64,000 nt of DNA from Salpingoeca rosetta (lineage: Eukaryota > Protista > Choanoflagellata). The position numbers and the translations under genes were made by a program. Below the pieces are notes generated by a model. That model saw only the letters and a program-made list of their open reading frames with translations. It was not told the DNA's origin and did no database searches. Below, one piece after another: positions 13,719 through 52,919 of the stretch (position 1 is the stretch's first letter; each line of letters starts with the position of its first letter). The DNA lies in assembly GCA_033442325.1 (NCBI GenBank), contig JAWQFM010000020.1, positions 907,863 to 971,862 on the forward strand. The letters run 5' to 3'.

Positions 13719-14358
13719 TCAACAGTGGCAAGCGTAGGCAGACAGCAGACCAAGAGCTGTACGCACGACACGCGTAACAGATATCATACGACCCGTGCCA
13801 CACAAAGCATGGCATCCTCGCTTACGTGTGTGCACGTGGAGGACCTCGTCCTCGCTGAAACCAATCTCGCCCCCACTGAAGTACCCAATCGACTGCACGC
13901 CCGGAAACGCCCGCCTGTGCACACGGAAAGTGATTGTGTGCGATTGTGTGAGTGAGTGAGTGTGAGTGAGTGAGTGTGTGTGTGTGTGTGTGTGCGAAGG
14001 TGGGAGACTGGACAGAGGAGAGTTGTGTGCCACAAACTTGCGCGTCCAAGTGCGTGTGCGTATGAACACTCTTGTGTGCGGGATGGCGTGTGAATCGCTT
14101 GCATGCACCCGCTGCTCGTGAACTGGCCTCATCGCCACACTGCACAACCATCACCCCAGACACCAGCAAAAGAGCGGCCACTCACTCGAGCAGCTTCTGC
14201 TCCGTCTCCTGCGCCTCCTGCTGCTCCCTAAAGCGGCCAAGGCAGCACACCAGCGTGGCCATGCACACCCGCATGCGTGGGCCCTCTGTCGCTGCCAGGG
14301 CCTGCAACAGCTCGCGGCTATCGTGCAGCCCGCGCTCCGATATCAACGACAACGCCTG

Positions 14359-14432
<74 letters not shown>

Positions 14433-14585
14433 TGCGTCACGTGGTTGTGTGGACAGCGGCACACGAAGAATGTCAAGAGGTGACTAGTGGCACTGGCTGT
14501 GGCGAGCATCGTGAAACAGCAAGCGAGGGCAGCCGAGTAGCTGTGCTCGTATGAGCAAGCTCTCATTCGCACGCCCAAGCACATG

Positions 14586-14626
<41 letters not shown>

Positions 14627-15308
14627 GCACGCACGCACACACCTTGATGTGTGGGCCCGAAAATGCCACGCCAAAGAGGTGCGGTCCACATGACTCGAGG
14701 TTGCCGCAGCTCTGAAAAAAGAAAACCACACACACACACATACATTTACATGAGAGCAAGCGTGACAGTAAGTGAGTCATGGGAGTACTGTTCTTCTCAT
14801 CGCGCATGTGCACGTACATCTGCAACACTACAGTTCTCTCTCCCTCTCATCATTGTGCATGTGGGTGTGCGTGAGGTCCGTGCTCTGCGTCACGTGCAAA
14901 CAGCACCACCAACAGCAGCTAGGTCCAAGTCCTGTTCCCCCTTCCTTCCTCCCTCCACCACACAGGTAACAAACGCACAATCATGGAAATGCCGCCAGCG
15001 AGGGCAATGTCGGGGAGTTGGGTCTTGAGAGCAGCAGCCATCGTGCCTGTCACAGGGGCGGGCGTGTTGCATGCACATCAGGGGGTGTGAGACACAACGA
15101 AGGACACGTACAGACAGAAGTAAGACACGTTGAAGGTGGTGAAAAGGCAGTGGAGATGATGGTGCTGACGAAGAGGCACCAAAGCAAGCAGGCAAACGTG
15201 CATGTGGGCACTTGGGGATGTGCACCAAAACTGGCAGACCACGATGCAGCAGCAGTATAGCAGCAGCAACAGACGCGACCGTCAAGAAGCTCGCCAACAA
15301 TAACGCAT

Positions 15309-15346
<38 letters not shown>

Positions 15347-15649
15347 ACTTCACGTCACACAGCTCACCGACACAGTACACATTCCACATTCCATCATGAA
15401 CGCACATGCTTCTTCGAATCGGTTGCGTGTGATGAACATGACCGCCTTTGGGTCTGGGTACGTGTCGCGCTCGCCAAACATGATGCTGTTCAGCAGGTCC
15501 GGGGTCAGGTCGTGTGCAAGCAGGTCGTCACGTGGCGTCCAGAACGGGTGCACCCCAATGTCCTCAGACTCCGGGATCACTTGCAGCGCAATGGCATACG
15601 CATCGTCATTCTCCTGCCTGATGCTCTGTGCAAGAGACAGAGAGAGAGC

Positions 15650-15745
<96 letters not shown>

Positions 15746-15746
15746 C

Positions 15747-15777
<31 letters not shown>

Positions 15778-16000
15778 CAGAGAGACAGAGAGAGAGACAG
15801 AGAGACAGAGACAGAGACAGAGACAGAGAGAGAGAGAGAGACAGAGAGACAGAGAGAGAGACAGAGACAGAGACAGAGACAGAGAGAGAGAGACAGAGAG
15901 ACAGACAGAGAGAGAGAGACAGACAGACAGACAGAGAGAGACAGAGAAACAGAGAGACAGACAGAGAGAGAGACAGACAGACAGAGAGAGACAGACAGAG

Positions 16001-16055
<55 letters not shown>

Positions 16056-17362
16056 GAGTACGTGTGTGTGTGTGTGTGAAGGCGACACATAGGCATGCAG
16101 ACAGGCACGCAGAGAGGCCGGTGGAGAGGAACGATATAACCCCCCCCCCCCATCCCCCAGCGTCAGTATGTATGAATACACAAGCAGGAGTACATGTGAC
16201 AGCCTCAGCTTTGCACACAAATCACAAGGCGCACTTGTCGACACACGCACGCGCGGGCACACTCACGAGAGTTTGCCCTGGGTGGAACATGCCCTGGCCG
16301 GAGCAGAGCAGCAGCTTTGCGCGGTAAACACCAAGCTGGTCCCGAAGCGCCTCGAGAAAGTGCCTGTCGGCATCGTGGGAGGGACAAAGAGTGTGAGCGA
16401 CAGTGAGTGAGAGAGTGAGAGTGGGTGAGTGGGTGAGAGGGTGTCAAGTGGGGTGGGAATAGTGATGTTGGTGATATGAGCGAGCATGGGAGCGCTTCCG
16501 CGTGTGGGAGTGGGCCATGACGCAAAGTAGGCACGGGAGCAGCGCAGTCGAGCGCAAGGAGAGCATCCAGCTTACAAGGATGCTGCTTCGTTGTGGTTCA
16601 GGCAGGACACAAACACAAGGATGCACGATGGAATCACTAAAGCGTTGCTGGTCCAAGCGCTGAAGTCGGCCCGAAGCCGAGGCACGATGTGCCCGTGTTC
16701 ATCACACGCGGAGGACAGGACCGGCCAAGGCTGCAGCCCTCGTGCTGTTCACCAAACATCCAGCGCAAACACGACATGTCAATCCCACACGAGCACCCAC
16801 ACGCGTGATGTAGGATGAGGGCGCAAGCAAGTCAGACTAAGTACCACACACGCGCTCGACTGCACACTGACTGCCTGACACGACTTTGCGCACACACACC
16901 TGGAGCATGAACTTGCAGCACACACGCACACACGCACGCACACACACGCACACCTCGCATAATGTGTCGCATGGTTGCTCTCCAGTCCGTGCACACATTG
17001 TACGCTGTTTGCAGGTCGCGGAACCCACGCACAAACGACAGTATGTGCTCACGCAACTCCGGAATAGCCAGCACCTACGAAGGGGCAACACAGCCAAGAC
17101 GCAGGCACAAGCACACATCCATGAGCACAAGAGCAACAACCGCACGTCTGCACATCTTGTGCTCACGCAGCCATGGCACGCACGCACAGTGCACCTGTGT
17201 GCACGTTTATGTGCTCGACAGGGGCGCAGGCAAGCTGGCCAAGACCAGTGCAACGGCACCACGGCACGCCACACCACCACCCGTCCACAAGGGCGCCTGC
17301 GCGCCCATCACAACCATCACCATCACCATCACCATCACATATCCACAGCAAACCTGCTCCAT
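13719..17362 (-). CDS. FBXO22: F-box + FIST_C domain protein, FBXO22-like SCF substrate receptor
   Basis: MEQ (ATG 17362) splices to VLAIPELREHILSFVRGFRDLQTAYNVCTDWR, an F-box. Later exons give LFGVAFSGPHIK and RAFPGVQSIGYFSGGEIGFSEDEVLHVHT, the FIST_C signature FPxVxxxGFFxxGEIG. F-box plus FIST_C is the FBXO22 architecture. Internal exons and the stop are approximate. Confidence 0.72.
15634..16057 (+). repeat. ~420 bp compound (GA)n/(GACA)n purine-rich microsatellite in an intron of the FBXO22-like gene
   Basis: Directly visible; produces the spurious ER/SL-rich ORFs. Confidence 0.95.
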
Positions 17363-19298
17363 CAGTCCTCTTCGGCAAGCAAAGCAGTGATTGATGAATG
17401 TGATAATTTTTGTGCTGTTGAAGGGGAAGTTGGTCGAGTTGGTTTGACATGAGTGTGAGATGTGTGATGTGACATGAGACATGAGCACGTGCACGTGAGC
17501 ACGTGAGTTGGGCTGCTGGCTCAGTGTCTCAGTGTCATGTCTTCCTAGCCTTCATGTCGCCCCAAGCTTGCACGTTCAAGTGTTCTCGTGTGTTATGTGC
17601 CATGTCATATCAGTTGTCTTGTCTGTATTAAGGGGATTATGAAGAAACAGACAAACGTCACGAGGTCACTTTACATCAGTACATCTACATACTCGCATGA
17701 CACACCATCTGCAATACAATGTCCCTTGGCAGACGGCCCACGGCGCTTCATCTTCTCTTTCTGCCCTTCCGCCTGCAGCTAGGTAGCTGTGCCTCTTCCC
17801 CTCTTGCTCCCTCGTCGCAAGGCCATCACTTCACTGGCAGTGTGCCATGCGTGGGAGGGTGGGGGCGTGCCATGTCTTCAGGCCTGCTGGTAGCGCAGCC
17901 GAGTCCTTTGAGTGTGCAGACAGCTGGTGCCCAAGTTAGTTGCTGTTGACACTCGCTTGCGCCTCCAACTGCTCAATCACTGCACGAAGAAACAATGGGA
18001 CAGATAGCGAGAGAGAGAGTGTGTGTGTGTGTGTGTTTGTGTTTGTGTGCGTGTGCGTGTGCGTGTGTGTTTGTGTTTGTGCATGTGCATGTACGGATAT
18101 AAGTGTACGTGTGTCGAGGCGACGAGCCAGTGCTTACTTGCAAGCAGATAGCAAGTGCAAGAGCACATCAACACTATCAGCGTCAATGTCATCAACGGGC
18201 GCACACAGCTGCTCGCATGGCTGCACCACAACACTACAAAAACAACACACTTACCTGCCAAACTGCTTGATACGACGTTCACGCCCGTCCGTGACTGGCG
18301 ATTGGACGCCCAGTAGCAGTAAGGCGACACGCGGTGTCTTGGGCGCCCTGCGTCTTGCGGAAGTGCTCAAGGGGTGATGAGAGGCTTTGTCATACCAAAA
18401 GGCCATCGTTGTTTGCCGTCCATGGTGATTAATTGGCTTGGTGTGCTGACCCCAAGCGCAATACCAAGGCGGTCGATGCAATTCAGCTCAGGCAGTTGCT
18501 TCCTGCTGCTCAGCTGCGAGTGATGGTCGAAGTGCACCTTCGCGCTGCCTCAATCACCTGTGCCACCCTCATCGCTTCATCGCCACCAAAGCCTCATGCA
18601 TGGTCCTGGTGGTCAAGTACGGTGGTGTCTCTGTGCATGGTAGTCTCAAGTCTTAGCGTGATGTTGCATGTGGACATGTCGTGTGACATGACAATGTGCA
18701 AGAAGAATAACGGAAAGGCCCGAACATTGGGGTTGCAAATTGCGCCGATGACGTATGCCGAAAAATCACAAACGCCTGAGCACAAAACGTCGGCAAGTAC
18801 CCACCCGATGCAATAGGGCAAACCTCTTTCTTTGTCGGACTGAAGAAAACAATGGCGCGTTTCCGAGAAGTAGTGTGAACGGAGAACGCAGCTGCTGAAA
18901 CAATGGTCACACCACCAGTCACTGTCATCACCGCAACTCAGCATGTGGTTGCCGACGGGACCAACATGAGCATGCTTCTGGACGTGCTTGCGCACAAACG
19001 AGATGCCCCGCTGCCTTTATTTCCGTTTTCCCACTCTCAACGCCTTGTGTTCACCACTTAAATTCGGCGAGCTTACACAGCTGCGTTTGTGCGGGTTGTT
19101 GTCATCCTGTCATCCTGTCACATTATTAAGAGTGTCTCGCCTCTGCGCATTTTTCTCATCGTGTGTCAACACACATTCGTACATGCATTCCCCTTGCATA
19201 TGAGATCATTCATTTCCCTTCTATACTTTTTGTTCTTCTGCGCCAACGAGAGAACAAGAACATCCCTACCCCTCCCCACCTGAACGCTGCTCCCAACT

Positions 19299-19901
19299 AT
19301 GACCCCTTTTCCACTCCTCGCCACCATGGCCTGTGTGCTGCTGGCGACCATGTCGCCCTCTCTCAGTGTCGCGGCACTCCCAGTGCAACTCAACCCAGCG
19401 CCAACCTACAACCCCACGGGCACAACGACTACATCCGCACCCGCAACACGCACGGCCATCACCACCACCACAACCACCACCACCAACACAACGCCTTCCT
19501 CGCCCGCCTCAACCACAGCCTGGCCCGCAGACGCGGCATCGTGCCAAAAGCTTGGATGGCCCGTCGTCAACGGCGTGTGCGGTGCAACCAAGATCGGGAA
19601 TACGCCTCTGGGTACCCGCGTTTCGCACGATCAGGCCATGGACACATGCGGTGCCCTTGGTCTTCGCCTGTGCACAGTCCAGGAAATCAAGACCACCATG
19701 CCCCTCCCCAAGAACCGCGCTCCCAACCACTTCCGCACTCTCTTCTGGGCCAGCACCGCCTGCCCAAGCTCGGACCTGCCAAATCAGTTTGAAGCCCGCA
19801 GTATGGTGGCAGGCATTGGTGGCTGGCCAGCCTGCTTCACTACGCCAAGAGCCACGGCCAGCGTGATGTGCTGTGCGGACGACGATACACAGAGCGCTTG
19901 A
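19299..19901 (+). CDS. Intronless secreted protein: signal peptide, Thr-rich mucin-like stalk, Cys-rich lectin/link-like domain (200 aa)
   Basis: Single ORF with a hydrophobic N-terminus (MTPFPLLATMACVLLATMSPSLSVAA) and a Thr/Ser/Pro stalk. The C-terminal domain SCQKLGW..VCG..A..C...GLRLCTVQEI..W.ST.C..C..VMCCAD has 8 Cys. No microsatellite interrupts it. Confidence 0.78.
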   Translation: MTPFPLLATMACVLLATMSPSLSVAALPVQLNPAPTYNPTGTTTTSAPATRTAITTTTTTTTNTTPSSPASTTAWPADAASCQKLGWPVVNGVCGATKIGNTPLGTRVSHDQAMDTCGALGLRLCTVQEIKTTMPLPKNRAPNHFRTLFWASTACPSSDLPNQFEARSMVAGIGGWPACFTTPRATASVMCCADDDTQSA

Positions 19902-20502
19902 CCGCCTTTGGTCGCCTGTGAGCGCAGGAGGCCTCGCTTCCTCGCTATTGCCCTTCAATCGATGCGACTGCTATTTGTTTTTCATGACACTCTGTGGCGC
20001 ACGCCAGCGCACGAGCATATGTCGCACCAACCAACCATAACCAGACTCCGACATCCCCTCACAGCAGCTTTCTGCGACACAGTGCCTTTCTGCCGACCCT
20101 GTTGAACTCGCTGCCATGGCAGTGTCCTTGCATGTTACATTATCACCTGGTGCTGTCGCAAGGACGATTTGGTCTGAGTGCACTGCTCCGTGCTGGGTCG
20201 GCTGGCTTTGCCCGTCCCCGCTTTCGCCTTAGTTTAAGTTCAGTTGATTCCAACGAAGCGTGTGTTACAACCGTGCTCTTCCCTAATATAACAGCAACAG
20301 CAAACTCGTCCACTCGCCACCACAATGTCGAAAGTCCTTGAGCATGCCATCATCATCATCATCATCATCATACGGCCTGTCGTGTAATGTAACAGGACAG
20401 GCACTGCGCCACTACAACACCGAAACCGCACCACCCTTGCATACCTGAACTCAAACTTAAGGTTCGGCAAACAAACACCCCATTTCAGGTCGAAACACGC
20501 AG

Positions 20503-20557
<55 letters not shown>

Positions 20558-20573
20558 GAGCACACGGGTTCCG

Positions 20574-47564
<26,991 letters not shown>

Positions 47565-48031
47565 CTTGTGTGCCACCGGCCGCTGCTGGTGCTGTCTGGG
47601 TTGTTCTTCTTGTTACTGCTTCCTCTGCTTCCTGTGCTGTCAGTTGAATAGGTTGCGTCTGAGCGAGCACCCGGCCAAGTGTCTGGCTCTCTGCACCCGT
47701 GTGTTTGTGGGGGGGGGGGGCTGAAGGCCGAAGCAAGCACGCACTTGATGTATTGTTGGTTGAACGTTGTTCTGTGGTTCTTGGCAACAACAAACTGCTC
47801 TCGCTCGCGTCTTGGGTGTTGTTGTGCAGGAAACCTGCTGGCCAGCTGTTTCTGAGAAGATTTCGGGTATTATTCTACAGGTGGTTTGCCATATCTTCCG
47901 TAGAAACACCGCGCGCTTGGAAACCAAACAGCTCCGCCAAGATCGAGCGAGCAACAAGAGAGACACCAGCCAACAACACCTAACAGCGCACACACGCACA
48001 TACACAAGCGTCAGCTGGGGTGTGCGTGAGG
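47565..48031. promoter_or_regulatory. Putative bidirectional promoter of the dynein and IQUB genes, with RFX X-box-like motifs
   Basis: 467 bp separate the divergent ATGs. It contains TGGCAAC (47782-47788), a 14-mer GTTGTGCAGGAAAC (47821-47834) resembling GTTNNNNNGGNAAC, and TGGAAAC (47918-47924). The region lacks long dinucleotide microsatellites. Confidence 0.6.
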
Positions 48032-50770
48032 ATGAGCAGCAACGCACAGGAAGAAGAGGTGGAGGTGGCAGAGGATGCGCCTCCTGCGGAAACCAGCACG
48101 GCTGACCAAGATGCATCACAGCAGCAGCAGCAGCAGCAGCAGCAGGATGGCGATGACGCCGAGGTAGCGGAGTCTGCTGAGGAGGCAAAAGGGGCAAGCG
48201 ACAGCAAGGCAGAGGACACGCAGGATGGTCAAGGAGAGGCAGACGCTACTGCAGAGGAAACCATCGCTGAAAGTGACAACGAACATGGCGGCGACAATGC
48301 CCGTGACAACGACCAGCAGGAGCAGGAGCAGGAGAAGGGGGAACAAAACGGGGCAGCCAGCAAGGAGGAAGAGGATGAGCCTCCTGAAGATGCCAGACCA
48401 GAAGGCGCAGCGCAGCAAGACCAAGAGCAGGAACACGAACAGCAGAGCGATTCTGCTGGCGATGACAATGACAAGGCCATGGAAGAGGGTGCTGCCGATG
48501 CGGCTGATGATGAAAGCACGGCCAAGGAACAGGCTGCAGACAACGTGCATATTCCGACAGCACCCGCGGCAGACAGTGACGACACGCAGGGTGTTGAGGA
48601 TACCAAGAAGGAAGCAGCAGAAAACAACGGCTCCGGAACACAGAAAGGGGAAGCTCCAGAAGAAAATGGAGAAGGAGAAGGACAGGCTGACGAAGGACAG
48701 CAGCAGCAGCGAGGAGAGGAGGAAGAAGAAAACAGCGGCGAGGGAGATGATCATGGAAGCGATGACAACGCGAAAGAGACGAAAGGCAGTGAAGAGGAAC
48801 AAGAATCAGCAGCAAGCGAAGGCGACACGTCAGCAGCTGTTGCGACGGAAGGTGGTGAACACAAAGCCACTGGCGACAACAACGACGGCGATGACGGTGA
48901 TAGCGTGACGGTGTCTGCCAAGCCGTCGGCGCCAGCATCAGCGTCGTCCCGCCGGCCAACCTCCATGCACCTGGACGCAGACGGCGGCGACCTTGGACCG
49001 GAAAAGGCAGAGCTGCCTGCACCGCCAAGCAGAGGTAGCGATGGCGCTGACGATGGTGACGATGGTGACGATGACGCGGGTGTTGTTGCACAGCGTGGAT
49101 CAGAGGAAGGGGAAGAAGTCCCAAAGGGGACAGAGGACACGGAGGAGGGCGAGTCGCAATCGTCAGCAACAGAGGCAGCAGAACCAGAACCAGAGAGCAG
49201 CGTCAACAACCTCTCGGCCATTTCAGAGGCGCCGGAAGAGGAAGAGCAAGACGGGGAACGTGCCAGCGCTTCCCGGGATCAGCAACAGGAGGGGCACAAT
49301 GACACGACTTCTGATGGTGCATCTGTATCAGCAACAGAGCAGACCACAACAGAGAGTGCCTACACACAGGCGGGTGATGATGGCGATGCTGCTGTTATTG
49401 GTGAACCGGGAGAGATTCAATACTCCCAACGACAGCAGATTGTCAAAGTGCCCGCAGGTGTGTGTGTGTGTGCGTTTATGATTTGTGTGTGTGTGTGTGT
49501 TTATGAGTTGCGTGCGTGTGCGTGTGTGTGCGTGTGTGTGTGTCTGTGTGCGTGTGTGTGTGTGTGCCGCTGCTACTGCTGTTTTTGCTTGACGTTGTTG
49601 AGGTGTTTTGGGTAAGATCATGCGCGGATGTGCGTATGTCTTGGCGGCAATCGCATGGGGTCTGTCCACGTTGCCCTCACCTTGAGTGCTGCGTGCACAT
49701 CATCCCCTCACCACCACCACCACCACCACCACCACATCTCCATTGCCATGACGATGATCAGACGATGGCAGCGACCGCCTGTTCAACATCACAGTCTTCA
49801 CTGCAAACGTCACGAAGCCGTTTCTCGGCGGGTTTCGCCACAAGAAGACCGGTGTGGAGTATCACAACGCTTCCTCACAGACCCCGCGCAAGTTCCGCAT
49901 CCCAAAGGTCGGTGCACGCATGTGTGTGTCTGTGTGTGTGTGTGTGTGTGTCTGTGTGTCTGTGTGTGTGTGTCTGTGTGTATGTTCGGGCATGCACATA
50001 TGTGTATGATTAATGCAAGCATCCCCTGTTGGTGTTTTGGAGTTCGTTGCTGCCTCTTCTCATCAACGTATCCATGCCGATGGTCACGCTTCTGCTTGTG
50101 GACGTACGAATGGACTTATGTGTGTGTGCACGTGCCTACACTTGTGTGTGTGTGTGTGAATGCAGACTGAACGGTTTACGCGGACAACACAGACGGCGAT
50201 TCAGCGCACACATCCAAAGTTTGCGACGCAGACGAGCGTGCACACAGCGACGCAGATGGTCAGTACCACCTTCCACCTTGCTGATGGACGTGCACTCACT
50301 CATAGATTGTTGCCATCGACACCGAGGCTCATTTCATATGTTCACACTCACTGTGACACTCACTCACTCACTCACTCACACACACTCACACACTCACTCA
50401 CACTCACACAAACACTCACACACTCCCTCCCTCCCTCCCTCCCTCCCTCACTCCCTCACTCACTCACTCACTCACTCACTCACTCACTCACACACACACA
50501 CACACTCACTCACCCACACACTCACTCACTCACACACACACACACACATGCACTCACACACACATCAAAAGACGAAGGAGGGTGTGTTTGTGACATCGCG
50601 TGAGGACAAGATCATTGTGCCGACCAAATACGAGACCGCGGCAGACAAGCACGCGCGCGTTGTTGCGGCGGTGATTGTCATCCAGAAGTATTATCGGCGC
50701 TGGCAGGCGAAACGAGTCGTCGGCAACCTCAGATACGCGCGCCACCAGTACCAGCAGTGGCAGGAGGAGA

Positions 50771-50845
<75 letters not shown>

Positions 50846-51142
50846 AGAGTGGGTGTGTGCCATCATGATCGTGATGGGAATCTGTGTGATGGCTGCTCGT
50901 GTTCAGGCTTGTGGCTGCGTGTATTGTGTGGAAGAGCCAGTGCTCGAACAACCTGTCGGCGTGCATGCACTCACCAGCAACACCTCCACTGTTGTACGCG
51001 TGTGGATGTGTGTACGTGGTTGTGTCCAGGAGCGGAAGCGGCTTGAGTTTGAGGAGATGATGCGACGACGTGAGATGGATCGCCGGCTCAACCCGCGCAC
51101 ACCAGAGGACTTTGACATGCTCTACGCAAGCCTCCAAAGTAA

Positions 51143-51206
<64 letters not shown>

Positions 51207-52821
51207 GCGGTGCTGTCAACTTACGCCGCCTATCCGCCGTTGCGTTGCAACCTCACCATTCCTTCCCTTTCCTGACCGGCTCCCCTTTCTCTTTCGTCAT
51301 CACCAGAGTGGCACGGGGAGCAGCTTGAGAAGGTGCGCCTGCTGCCTGAGAGCGAACAGCCGCAGGCACGCATGGACCTTCTGCGCGAAGAAACAAAGTA
51401 CGCTGTCGTGGTTACATGACACAAGCGGTGGTGGAGGGCTGTGATGGTGATCATCAGCGGTGATCACAGTGGTGGTTTCGGTGGCAGTGTCGGCACTGGT
51501 TATCGCAGTGGTGACGGCGCTTTGATTTCGCGCTCAACCCTCGTATGGCTCTGGTCCTGATGAATGATATGGTGGCGGCTGTTCGCACTGCACTCACCAC
51601 CCACCAACAATGCTCAACGCCTGTGCGCTGTGTGTTTGCGGTAACGACGATGGTGGTGGTGGCACAGGTACCTCAACTTCATTGAGCAGCTGAAGCAGCT
51701 TGCCGCCACCGACAACAAGGAGGCGCGCGTGCAGAAGTTCCTGGACGATGCGTCCACCGGCAGAAAATGGGCCAACAAGCAATACGGCATGAAGGTCAGA
51801 AGCACACTGCGATCATGCGTGTTTGTGTTTGTGCATGTACATGTGCGCGCATGAATGTGTGTGTGTGTGTGTGTGCTGAATGAGGAGGAGTGTGCATATG
51901 TCTTTGACGTGGTACCGTCCATGTTGAGTGCGGCGAAAGCCATTTCCAGCTCTCTCAACCCTCCACACCACTCACACCGCTTGTACGTTTCATGGCATGT
52001 GCAGGTGCATGTTGAGACGCCGGAGAGCAAGCTTGCGCAGGAGCTGAAGGAGATCTACAATCTCATCCGCATCCCAGACCTCGACGTCGACGAGCGGCTC
52101 GGTCGGTGGTGGTGGATGATGGATGGTGATGTGAATGGTGGTGGTGGTGGCGGTGGCGGTGATAATGGCAGTAGTGGTGGATGTGAATAGTGGTGCTGGT
52201 GCTGCCGTTGCTGTAGAAGAGGGTTATGGCTGATATGGCTGATACACGTCAATACACAGTTGCAATGTCCACCCCTACACTCTCCACGGCACTCACTCTC
52301 CTCTGCACTGCCCACTGTACGCGCGCGCGTGTGTGACGCTATTGACAGATGCGCTGCTGCAGCTGCGAACGGCGGTGGAGAAACACGACAGCCGGCTCAC
52401 TCGCGAAATCTTGGAGCTCATTCAGCGCGAGGCAGACCTGCTTGGCAGACGCACCAGGGCACGCAACCTTGAGGGTGAGAGCGATGACGTTGGTAATGGT
52501 CGTGTTAAATGGCGACATTGTTGCTCTTGTGTTGACTCTCATGCACACCCACACCCACATACGCACCACTCTCTACAACACTCGCCCTCACACAAACACT
52601 CTCACTGCTCCCCCGCTTCATCGCTGTGTTGTTTTGATTTTATTTTATTTGTGTGTGTGTGTGTGTGTGTGTGCCACTGGCTTCAGGCCTGCGCAAGCGC
52701 CTGCTGAATCTCTTCCTGCAGTTTATTGAGACGCCCGAGTACAATCCAGAGGCCAAGAGGTTGATGGAAGTCCACCAGGACAAGGTGCGCGCACATGTGT
52801 GTGTTTGTGTTTGTGTTTGTG

Positions 52822-52919
<98 letters not shown>

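Noticed and set aside
17363-17450. Upstream ATG (MSNQLDQ...) as the start of the F-box gene
   Set aside because: It is out of phase with the F-box exon. ATG 17362 (MEQ|VLAIPEL) gives a canonical donor and an in-frame F-box.
48116-49221. Long antisense ORFs across IQUB exon 1
   Set aside because: These are shadows of a low-complexity, GC-rich coding exon with no independent coding features.
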